Of a stretch of DNA of 64,000 bases, positions 13,200 to 26,200 are shown piece after piece. Numbering within the stretch: the first letter of the stretch is position 1; each line of letters starts with the position of its first letter. The notes below the pieces were generated by a model that was given only the letters and a program-made list of their open reading frames with translations, was not told the origin of the DNA and did not search any database. This DNA comes from Chrysomallon squamiferum (taxonomy: Eukaryota > Animalia > Mollusca): NCBI GenBank assembly GCA_012295275.1, contig CM022665.1, positions 14,012,001-14,076,000 on the forward strand. The letters are read 5' to 3'. The translations under genes were made by a program, and so were the position numbers.

Positions 13200-13460
13200 T
13201 GAAATAATGATTCGGCAGACATCGTTGGAACAATTGTATATTGTATAGGCCGGACGTTTCCGAACATTTCCGAATTGACATGGCCACAGCCGACGATCAA
13301 CCGGAAATAACATTCTGCCATTTTGTGGCGATGGTTAAAAGAAGAGAAATTTTGCATAGCTTTTTTTCCAGTGTTGGACGCATATTGTGAAATGGATGCA
13401 GACTATAATGTAAAGAAATAAGTGTTTGTTTATCAGAGGAAAAAGAGAAAGCATTCTATT
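13200..13460 (+). promoter_or_regulatory. CSTF3 promoter / 5' UTR region
   Basis: Local CpG enrichment in a CpG-poor background; ETS-like CCGGAAAT at 13301 and YY1-like GCCATTTTG at 13317; directly upstream of ATG 13461. Confidence 0.55.
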
Positions 13461-14515
13461 ATGGCTAATCACGCACCAGCTCTTCCTCCGGAGGTTTGTA
13501 TTTTTATTCCAATATTCGATTTATTCAGTTCATAATTCAGTCAAAGCGTCAGACATTAATTCTTTATAATATATTTTATTACTTAATACTTCAAAGGTTA
13601 AATAGCCGAAAAAGTCATAATAGTTTATATGTTTGTTACTGTAAATATTATTCATTCCTAGATTTATAATTTTTGAAGTTTTCACTTTTACTGTTTGAAT
13701 GTGTTTCAAGTGTTTGAACTTGAAGTGTTTCACTTTCAGTCAAGAAATCTTCTCAAATGTTACTTTAATTATTAATATTAATTATTAGTTAAACTTTAAT
13801 GTAATATTTGGTTGGTTTTATTATTATTATTATTTTTTTTTTAATTACTACTACTGTTGTTGTTTTTTGGGGGTTTTTTTAAATTATTTGTTTTATTCTT
13901 TTTCATGTTGCTGTTTTTGGTTGTTAATTTTTAAGTTTTTTTTAATTTTTTATTTTGTTTGTTTATATTGTTTTTGTTTATAGCAGTGTATACCTTGTCC
14001 ATATAAGAGCACAAATACTAACATTACTTGAGAGTTAACTTGCAAATGAATACATTTTTTATTTGCTTTGATGTGTACACAGTACTGTTATCTTACTCTT
14101 TGTATGTTCAATTTTTAATTGGTTTTATATGAATGTTTTATATTTAGGAAGTGGGATATATTGCTGACAAATTGGTAAAAGCTGAACGACGGATTTCAGC
14201 ATGTCCCTGGGATACGGAAGCATGGAGTATTCTTATAAGAGATGCACAGGTAATTTCATTTGTATTTTGCCAAATAGTTAAAAATATTTTGAGTCAAAAA
14301 CAAAGAAAAAAAATATTGTTATATCTCATCAGACATTATTTCATATCATTCTAAAAGATATATTGTGTAACTAATTATTAATATGTCATGAGTAGTGAAG
14401 ACAGTCCAGTTTTTGTTGGAAAATGAGAGTAACAATGCTAATAAGATTTTACTGACAATTTAATAGTTTATTTCAAATTTTACAACTTTTTAATTTTATT
14501 TTTGTGGATATTACT

Positions 14516-14558
<43 letters not shown>

Positions 14559-17500
14559 ATTGTCAAGCTGTTTAAATTTTTTTTTTTAAATCTGTTTATC
14601 AGCACACAGTCAACAGTGTATCTTCAGTAACCCTGTTATTTCAGATATTAATACATTAGATTATTTTATTGTGACTTAGTTTTTCCTTCTTTTTTTTTTT
14701 TTTTTTTTTTTTTTTGGTCTTTATTTTTAATTTCCAGATGAAGAAAATAGAGGAAGCCAGAATTGTTTACGAGCGGCTTGTGGAGCAGTTTCCTAATGCT
14801 GGCAAATACTGGAAGATCTATATAGAACAAGAGGTTAATAAAATATGTGTACTTCACTTTTCAGTATTCTTACTTTACAAAATGATATTGTTATCGACAT
14901 TTTGGTTGGTTAGGTACTTAATATGGATTAAGTATGGGGTAGTGGCTGTTTTTGAATTAAGTAATGAAATTGTAAAAAGGTAGCATCAGTTTTATTCTGT
15001 GCTGTGTTATTTTATTTTATTTTTCTGACATTAAATAAGGTATATTAACTTTATGACCTTATAACATGTTGACATTGGGTTGTAGTAGATTTTTTTATTT
15101 TACAAAATGCATAAAAAATGCAAGCGAACAATAAATATATTACTGAAATGGCTTGGAATTTCAACTGGTGCAGTATACTTTTGTTTCTGTATCAGAATAT
15201 TTCAAAAATGTAAAATAACATTGACTTTTATTTCTAAATATAACTACTATTTATCTTAGTAATGATTTCTTCTATCTGCAGTTGAAATTATCAATTATCT
15301 GTTGTGATGTAAAAATGTTTTTCTTTTGTTATTGTGATAAAGTAAAAAAAAACCTTGCTTTTCGATAACAATATCAACTTGTATGGTATATCAGCTTCAT
15401 AACTGATAATTGTGTTTGAATGATAATGTTGGTTAATTTATTTCTTAGTCAAAATGACAATGCTGCATAAAACCATTGTTGAAACCACATGTCTTCTTGA
15501 GTTTTCTATGTGTTCTTGTTGTTTCTTCTTGAATGCAAGATGATGGATGGTGTGACAGATTGTCTAAATGGGTTAATTATCAGTTATACTGCAGTATGTC
15601 AAAAATATTTGATTTAAAGTAGATATTACAGAATTCAAATTTGGCAGTTTTCATAAAAATTGTTTAAATGAGACTTGGAAATAGGGCTTGTGGAAATTAT
15701 AGAATGTGTAAAAACACAGCTATTGTACTAAAATCCAACGATTTATGTTTAAAGTGTTATAAAACAAACATCCTTTTGAGCAGATTGCAGGTCCTAATTT
15801 TTGTTCAAAAATTATTAAAGCTTGCAAGTTGCATACAAAATAAAACAGATATATGCATCCATTATATATAGAGATTTAATGTATCAAAATGAAAGTGAGT
15901 GTTGTGATGTGTGTATCACAGAGAATGACAGAAATAGTAAATGTTTTGAATGAAAGAAATAATCAACCTCTACAGATGGGGGAACCCATTAAAAGTCAGT
16001 GTGAAAATAAATGTATTGTTGGGTTTGATATTTTATTATTTATTTATTATTGTCAATTTCAAATTATTGCCTGACTTAAATTTGTAAACAAAATCTGAAA
16101 ACAATTTCTCATAAATAAAATTAAAAAGCAATGTATGAATGAATGTGAATTGTGTGATTGCATGCAGCCAGGGATGAATGGGGATTTTCATTTTAATACA
16201 TTTTTTTTATTTCAGGTTTTAATTTTGTATACATATATATGTATATATATATATTTATATTATTACTATTATTTTGCAATACATATGCTTTATTATTGTA
16301 CACTAATTTCACTGAATTAGATTAAATTTAAAGATACAGTTAAATTGTTTCATACTGTTTGTTGTACTGTTACCTTCATTATTGTTTATTTTACATGTGG
16401 TTGGGTAATGCCACAGAAATAAACATTGCCAACTAATCATAATCTTACTTGTTATTCTGAGTTGTCTTCTTGACTTGTTTTTATAGTTACATTCACAAGG
16501 AAAGACTTGCTTAATAGTCGTTCTGTAATTATTCTTACTGAGGTCAAATCAGTATGAATCAGTATTACACAAATTATATAACTTTCTTCCTACTAATAAA
16601 TCTTCTGTCTTTTTAGAAAAATGCAATTTATTTTCTTTTAGGGCTCTATCAAATCAGGTTTATATTTTAAAATATTTTATCTTATTTTATTATTTTTTTA
16701 TATATATTTTAAAATTAATTTCTATTTATTTATTTATTATTGTTATGATTTTTTTTATTATTCTGTTTTTATTTATTATTATGATTTATGTTTTTTTTGG
16801 TACTTAATTTTAAAAAAATGTAATAATCATAAAAAAATTAAAAATACTCAAATCTGTAGTTTCAAAAACATTTGTTTTCCCATTATACTCACTAAATAAT
16901 GGTTAAAAGACCTAGCTAATAATTATTTAGTTTAGAAAAGGTTGGTTTGATTCTTCTTTTAATAAATATATTAAAATCATTATAAATGCTAAAAGTATAT
17001 GCATAATAAAGAAATCAGTACAACAAAACACAAATGTTTCATCATTATCATCATTTGAAAAAAGAAACAAAACATACATAATATAAAATACAAGTTTAAG
17101 TAATACCACCTTCATCCTTGTTAATATATCATACTGAAAGTAAGCCTGAATTATAAAATTATTGTTCTTGCAGTGCAAACAAATTACTTATGACACGTTA
17201 GTATGGCTTATCAATTACTCCGATTGTGTGATTGTATACATCTGACACATTTTGCATTTAACTGTTCCCTTTTCTTTTTACTTCTGTGCCCACTGATTCA
17301 ATAAGTAATGGGTATGGGTTTTTAGAAATGCATAATGCAAAGGCAATGAATGTTTTTTGTAACGGTGTTTTACATCATCTGTCCCCATCTTAGATTTATC
17401 ATTCCATTTTAAATTCTTTGATTATGATACAGATAACAGGAAGCAGACATCAGCTTATTTTCTCTGCATATGTTTTATTTCAAATATCCCTTGTTTATGT

Positions 17501-18683
17501 CAGTATTGTCTACAACAGAATTTTATAAAATTATTAGTGTGATGCAGTTAGTGTCTTTAACAGGTCATTATTATTATTATTATTTTTTTTTTTTTATTGT
17601 TTCAAACAGACCTTTCTGAATGTTAAAGTTCAAAACTGAAAAATTGTATAATTCTGGCCTTTTTAAATAAATAAATGAAAATTAAAAATATAAAAATTGT
17701 CTCTGTCAAGAGTAAAATAGATTGAACATCAAAATTCAGGCAGGTACAATCAAAATAAAAAGTGTTTCCATATATCAGTATTATTTTCTTTCATCTTTGT
17801 TTAGGTTTAATACTGATACATCTAATAAACAATTTAAAATATTAGGTCTAAAGAACTTTATTGCTTAATTAATAAATATATTCCTGTATAGTTAAACAAA
17901 ATTAACACCTCCAGACACATGTGCACATTATAAATTAGTTTATACCAGCTAAAAAAACTACATTCATTTACTGTGTAAACAGGAAGAATATTGGTGATTT
18001 TAATTATAATAAAGAATCTGATGACTTAAAGAACATTTACTTCACTGTACATGGTTAGGCTAAAACAAATGATACTGACCTTTTAGTTTTAAATGTAAAT
18101 TTAAAAAAGAAATTATATATAGAAACTTTAAAATGTTTGTGTTTATATAAACATTATTATGTCATTATGACTAATAAAATATACATATTTAAATATATTT
18201 GCAGTAAACAATTTTAGAAACATTATTAAAAAAAAATTGTAAGTACAGTCACAAAATTTAATCAGAGGTTAAAAGATTTTAAAATAGTTTTAATGCTGAA
18301 CTGACTATATTTGATTTGAAAAAAGAGTTGAAAGAATAAGGCTTTTTAAAAACTTTTGAAGGAAGTTAGAACATAAAATCTTCAAAATGCAGTCAAATTT
18401 ATTAATGGAAATTTAAAAACAAATTCAGATAAAAAATAAGGACACAAATTTGGCATAAAGTTTTTGAATTATTTATGCATTCAATATTTAGAATGTTTTA
18501 AAATGGCAGTATGTTTTTACAAATAATTAGGGCTTCCTTTTCGAAAAGGCACGAAAAACACAACCTTTAGGTTCTGCCAACCAGAGGATTTGTTAAATTA
18601 AGGAGAAACCAACAAAATAAAACATCACAGATTGCATAAAAGTATATAGTAAAAATCATTAACATGCACAACTCATTTTGTAT

Positions 18684-18714
<31 letters not shown>

Positions 18715-19503
18715 GTAGATTTAGAAACTGAAACTTTTCTGACAATATTAAATTATTTTAAAGTTGAAACTTAAATAAGTAAATTACAACTTCACCAAAC
18801 AGTTGGCTGCACACATATATTTTAGGTATAACAGTAGTAAACAAAACTGCATATAGCAAACACTATTATTTGTAATATCCAGGTGTTGGGTTATTCTATG
18901 TGCATTGCATATCAGAATAATGGGTATAAAAGCAGAGACGAACATCTTGCACAATTCTTTTATTTTCACAAGTTACGAAGATTTCTTTTTCTTTTTGAAC
19001 AAGGACCATTTTACTTACATATTTACAATTAGATGAAAAAGATCCAATTTAACATTATAGTAAATACTTAAAAATATTGGGGATCAGTCATTGGGTTATT
19101 TCCCATTCCAGCCAACCACCACTGATTCATCAAAGGCAATTTTACATATTACGGAAGCCATGCTGCTAATTGGTAAAGTGGCCCCATTGAGTGGTTTCAA
19201 GTAATAGTCTTGTGTTGTCATAATGCTAACCATCCCAGTATTTATCAATAATAAACTGACTTAGAATTTTGTTTACATAAAACATTTTTTCAGTAATTTA
19301 CATTAAAACTATTAAGGTAACATTTTCACTAAGAATAATTATAAACTGTTAAGTGATTCAACAGAAATGTGTTGATGTCAAATCTTCAAATCTGTATTTA
19401 AATAATGCTTTTTTTTCCTTCATATATTTACAACCAAAACAATTAGAGTCTGTATATAACCTATTTCTTTCCTTTTTTTTTCATTTTGTTTTTCATTTTA
19501 TAA

Positions 19504-19542
<39 letters not shown>

Positions 19543-20217
19543 TTTTTCTTTTTAAATCTTTAATTTTGGTATTTTCATGGTTATGATCACATTTCTAGAA
19601 TAGGTAACAAACAAAAAGCAAAAAACAACCAGTAACATTAGTATTTTTGCATTAATACAGTATTATTTTATTTCTCAACAAATAACCATTATTTCAAATT
19701 TTTATTTTTTCCAAAAGATCAGGCCAGTCAAATGTTAAGTCAAAGATGCTTATGATGACAAATTACATAGATTCTGTAATTTTTAAATGTATAATCATAA
19801 ATATATTCTTTGAACCAGCAGGTTAAGAATTATTAAAAGTCGAGATTCATTTGTCCTTTTCTAGGAAGGGGAAATTAATGTCTTTAATACAGCATTTACC
19901 AAAAGTTTGAAGTGGTATATAAAAATAGTAATAGTAATAAAAAAAAAAAGAAAGAAAAGATACCTTTGTAAATCTCGTAGTATGCTCCTTATTGAATGCA
20001 GTTTCTTTTCTTAATATAAAATATTAAAATTCAAATGTCTAAATTCTTCTAAACTATTTCAAATGTTCAGAGGTTTCATTTACCATGCACCTTTGATGAT
20101 ATGAATAGTCGAAACATATTTTGCAAACTTGCAATTTTTAATTTTATTTATTTTACTTTAATGAATTGTTTATTATCTATGTTATGGTCTGGTCATTTAT
20201 TATTTATTAGCAAAAAT

Positions 20218-20254
<37 letters not shown>

Positions 20255-23200
20255 TTTTGGTTTGACATATTTTAACAACAAAAATGATTTATTTTTCCTA
20301 AAATCTAAAAATTCAAACCTAATTGATTAATTTTTTAAAAAATTTTATATTAAATAATTGCATTAAGTTTGTATATACAGGTATAGAAACCATAATAAAA
20401 TTGTATAATTACTTTTTTTTTTGTTTTCTAGCTTCAAAAAAGGTAACAGTGACCCATTACATCATATTTTCAAGATAACAAATAATTTTCATACTTATTC
20501 TAAGATATCAGATAATATATTCAAGTTATTGCTGATTTGTAGTATAAGACTGTGGTGATTCTGGTTTCAGTACTTGGTCATCTTATAGTCACTATCTTGC
20601 CTGAAGAATACAAATACATTTTTGTTTTGTTTTGTGGGATTTTTTATTTTTATATATATATGTGTGTGTGGGTGTGTGTGGATGTATATATATCCATCGT
20701 GCACATCCATTATAGTTCAGCTTAAGACTGTTATATTACAAAAACATCAGCAATCATTTAACATATAAAGCATGCCTTCCAGCCAGAGAAAACATATCTC
20801 TTAATAATTTGTCATTAGGCCATCTGAATTTGGATATTGAAATCTAATGGTTATTAAATGAATTAACTAAAACAATAATATCACTAACAAGAGTAGGTAG
20901 TAAAATCATTTTATAATATTTGGTAACAAGAACAAAATTCAGTATGAGCGATGTATCTAATATCTAATGTTAAACCTAGGCATTGTTCTTTAAAAATGCA
21001 GAGAAAAATGGAGCTAGCCTTAGATAAATGGTTAATTAGCTCTCACTGAAACAATAGGTACATGATTAATCTTCATTTCATTTGGAGTTTATTCTAGCAA
21101 CCAGTGCCCCACAAATGGTATACAAGGGCTGTGGTATGTACCTGATTATGGGAAAGGGTATATTAAAAAAAAGAAAAGAAGGAATGACCCTAACAGGTTT
21201 TCTCTCTCTTTTCCAGAAGGCACAAAATAATGTATTTGATTTAGTACTAAATATTCAACTTTAATATAGCTTTTGGGATTTTAAGATTTTTATTATTATT
21301 ACTACTATTATTATTATTATTATTATTATTAAATAGTACAAAAATGAATTAGCTAAATATAAAGGTATTTATTTTAAATAAGAAAATATTTTCTTTGTTG
21401 AGCTGTTACAAAAAGTAGCACAAAACACCATTTTATATTCTAATTATTGATTTGTATTCATATAGATAAAGTGAGTGTTTATTTGAGAAATATGAATTAT
21501 ATATGCTGAACATTCCAAAACAACAAAACTATAAAAGACTCTGTATTAGGGGCTGGAGTTTCAATTTCAGTGAAAGGATGCTCTGTTCAGGCTGATAGTT
21601 TTTCTCATTCTCATAACCATTCTCATAAACAATCCATGACAGTTATTTATGATGATTGGTAGGTGCACATAACATATTCCTTGCCCTGTATTCCTAGACC
21701 AGTGAACTGCAAAATTTGTTTTCTTCTTTTAAATCATTATAAAAAAAAACGAAAAAAAACCTGCATTTGAAATCAAATAGCCATTAGCATTAAAAGTATG
21801 CTGAGATAAAAACCACTGTTTAGAATTGCCAAATGTTAACATCTAGATGCTGATAACAGGATACTGATCTTCAAACATTAACATTATCAGATCAAAATAA
21901 AAATATCTTTATTCCTTGAAAAACTTTAAATAAGAAATATATATAACTATCAACAATTTAAACTAAAATATATTGGCTTATTTTGTTTGTAAAACTCAGA
22001 TGACACCAATAGTAATTAGGATACATTTTTGTTAAACTATAAATTTCATGATTTTAAAGTACAGGAGCATCAGTTATTTGGCATAGGCTTTCGTTGAAAT
22101 AAATGTACACTGGCTTAATATTTTCTACCGATTATGATTTTAATAAAGTGACTATCATGTTTCAGCAAACTCTCCCCGTTTTAAGTTTTTTTTTTATTAC
22201 AAAATCATCTTCTAATAAAATTCATGTATTTTTTAAAATTAAAAAGTTTGACCTTTGTATTCTGTTTCCTTGTTTTCAGCTCAAGTTGAAAAATTATGAA
22301 CGAGTTGAAAAGGTGAGTATCAAAAGCTGTGTATTGTAAGATCAATGTTAGACTAATGATAAAGGTAATTAAATGGTGAATAAATTATTGGCAAAGTTGG
22401 TGCTTCTAGTTACAATATGTTATACCTACCACATATATACGACATCAGTACTAAAGGAAAGTGTTACATTGCTTCACAGTTTTATTTATATAAGCTTATC
22501 TAATGAAACAGTGGGATCTAAAATATGTTTGGATAATTAGTTCACAACTGTTAGTTTTAAGGAATTAACTGACTTTCAGTAATGTTGCCATTTTATATAA
22601 AAAAAACAACTTTGTATTGAAGTTCAAAATATAAATCCATGTTTAATGACACATGCAATAAAGATGTCAATATTTTATTATCTTACATCAGCTCTTTCAA
22701 CGATGTCTCATCAAAGTTCTTAACATTGACCTCTGGAAACTCTACCTCAACTACATCAAGGAAACAAAGGGTTCACTGCCATCATACAGGTAATAGTGTT
22801 TCTGTGGGTATAAACAGTATGTTGTGAAAAAAACAATAAAAAAGATTAAATGTTTTATTGTTATTATTATTTATTTCATTACTGTTATATTTAATGTAAT
22901 TGTTAAAATGGGGATATTTTTAGGATGTCATTTAATGATTATTTATTCATTTATTTCACAACAAAGAGCTTATTTGCACTTTCATATGCCTGTTCTGGGG
23001 ATTGTTTTGTGAGTTTTAGATATTATTTATTATAAAATAGTTCTGAATAATATTTTTGAAAATGTTCCTAAGTTTGATATAAATTTTTTGTTTTTTATTT
23101 ATAGAGAAAAAATGGCTCAAGCATATGATTTTGCATTGGAAAAGATTGGAATGGATATTATGTCTTACCAGTTGTGGAATGAATATATTGGATTTCTGAA

Positions 23201-26200
23201 GTCTGTGTGAGTATATATATAAAGATTTTCATTATCAAATATAAATATTTAAATAGACATTCTGATAACAGCTTTGTACAACTGTGCTCTTTAACTACAG
23301 TAAAGTATGTCATTTATATGTTGCATGTTAATTTGAATTTGAATTATTCACATCCCCATTTTACTTAAATCATACTTCTATACCACATACCTTCAACCAC
23401 TCAAATCATTTGATGACCAAGAAAGATTACAATCGTAATAACAAAACTTCAGACTCTTTTTAGTGTATATATAAAAAATTAAGTTTATGTTATTAGTAAT
23501 TTTTTTAATTTTAAACTTTATCCAGAGAAGCTGTTGGTTCTTATGCTGAGAATCAGCGAATCACAGCAGTGAGAAAAGTCTACCAAAGAGGAGTTGTCAA
23601 CCCCATGATTAACATTGAAATCCTCTGGAAAGATTACTGTAACTATGAGAATGTAAGTGAAACCTTTGAGGAGATCTCTTTTCATGATTTCATATAGCTG
23701 GTAATTTATTTTTAATATAGTCATGTCTATTACATTGGATATCATTAGTTTATAAACTTAGATGATATTGTCAGCACAGGGAAATAGTTTAACCTGACTG
23801 TTATTCTGCTTTTCTTTTATTATTTGGCTAACAATTCAGTCTCTCCATCCAACAATCTATCTAATAGTCAAATATTAGGTGAGTGCTTCTGATGTTTTCA
23901 AATCTTATTTAAAAGTAATCAGTAACATTTTAAACTTTATTTTTATAGAGTATAAATCCCCTAATTGCTAAAAAGATGACAGAAGACAGAGCTAGAGAAT
24001 ATATAAATGCCCGTCGTGTGGCCAAAGAATATGAGGTCGTGACAAGAGGACTTGACCGCAATGCACCATCAGTACCACCTCAAAATACGGTGAATGAGGC
24101 AAAACAGGTAAGTTTATTCTTGAGAAGCTTTAGTACTAGAAATTTGAATTGCCTGTTTGTACCCCTACTTTCCTTAGTGACTGAAATGAAAGTGTGAATT
24201 GATTAAAAAAAATTATCCAGATTTGGTCTGTAAATTCAAAGTGTTTCTGTTGTTTTATGGACTTCACTGGAGAAGTTTATTTCTGTTTATATGTTAGTTA
24301 CTAATAAGAGCATTCAGGTAAAGAAATAAAGATCTGATATGTTAGTAATAATAAATGTTTTGCTTATTTTCAATTGTTTAGGTTGATCTATGGAAGAAGT
24401 ACATAGCATTTGAGAAGAACAATCCTTTAAGAACTGAAGATCATGCTTTAATAACAAAAAGAGGTAATCTGAAGTTTTGTTATTACAATTGTAATCTTTC
24501 TTTGTCTTCAGATGATTTGAGTGGTTTGAAGGTACGTGGTACAGAATTAGTTTCAATTATGGATCTATCCTGGTGTATCCATTGTGCTTTTTATCATTTT
24601 TGTTTTATTGAAATATATACGGTCTGTTTGTGAAACTATACATTAAAATGACTTGTAATTTTACTAAAAGTATGTGAAAAAAACTAATTTATGACAGCCA
24701 GTATATCTGCCAATATTAGGGGTTGCTAAATATTAGGTGTAAAATATATATTTTTTCAATACTCAAGGTTATTTTTCTAACATTGCAGTGATGTTTGCTT
24801 ATGAGCAATGTCTGTTGTGTCTTGGTCATCATCCTGACATCTGGTATGAAGCAGCCGCCTACCTGGAACAATCCAGTAAACTCTTGTCAGAAAAAGGAGT
24901 AAGTTACTAGAGATGTGACAAATTAAAATTGGGTACTTAGTGAATGAAGACAAGTAAATGTTTTAATATGTTTGCTTGTGATATTTCAAATGTGGTTTTG
25001 CTTTCATTTTTAGAAATAAATAAATAAAAATATGTGAAATAAACAAATAAACAAAAAACATTCCATTTTCATTTCCTTCTAATAAAATACTTATTTCATG
25101 TTGTAAATATCTTTGATGGGTCCAAACCAACAAATTTAAATCATATGAATCACTGATAAATAAATAATGAAGGATAAAACAGTGGTTCGAATTTCATTTC
25201 TTTCAATACAGCCTTTCTTATATGGGAGACGAAGCTGTATAATGACAACTTTATTTTTAAGAAAAATTATTTTTCTTATTTCATACCTAAAGATAATTAT
25301 TCTATTGTGTATTTGTTTAGGATGCAAATGCTGGAAAGCTGTTTGCTGATGAAGCTGCTGCTATTTATGAAAGAGCCATTTCATCTCTGATGAAACAAAA
25401 CATGCTGATATACTTTGCATATGCTGATTTTGAAGAAGTACACATTATTTATCTATAATCAATTTTAAATTAACTGTCATAGGATATGTATTACTGTAAA
25501 TATTTTTACAAGGCACAGAATCTTTCTGTATATCATAAAATAGCATTGCTTAATTAACAGCAAAGATGATCTTAAGAGAATAATTAAACAAGAAATAAAT
25601 GCCAGTATTTGAATTAATTTGGTATAAAAATAATAAAACAATAATTTTAATAACAATTTTATAAATATATTCTGTTAATATCTTTTATGGTTCCCACAAT
25701 ATCTTTTTACAAAGTACCTTTAGCAATTCAAATTCCTTTGATGCTAAAAACAATAAAAAGTAATTTTTGAAGCTGTGGTTTATATTAAATTTTAGACCTG
25801 TTATTTCATTTATCTGAATTTTGTCTTATGTATTTCTTATATTTTAGAGCCGCATGAAATATGAAAAAGTCCATAACATCTACAAGAAACTGTTGGAAGT
25901 GCCAGATGTGGATCCAACATTGGTAATTACACAAATCTAAAATGTAATCTGATAAGAATTAAAAATATACCAAAAGAGGCAACAAAAAGTAAAACAGAAA
26001 TATTGATGCTGACATACATTTTAAGGATTTCTTCATGTAATTCTGTTATGCAGCAAAGTAAAGCTTTATTTCATTCTATCTTGGTTTGCAGACTAAGATG
26101 TTAATAACCATGGAGTTTTAATTAAGTTACAGAAGGTAAAAAATAATAGTTTTCATTATTTATGGCTTTAAAAAGAATTTGATATTGATGTTATTAAATC

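Noticed and set aside
13080-13357. Minus-strand ORFs upstream of CSTF3
   Set aside because: They overlap the CpG-rich promoter and a poly(A) tract; no homology recognised.
15000-22200. Many short ORFs and extra AATAAA hexamers in CSTF3 intron 3; possible nested gene
   Set aside because: Low-complexity F/L/I-rich translations with no exon chain. AATAAA is expected often at this AT content, so only sites with clear GT-rich downstream elements were kept.
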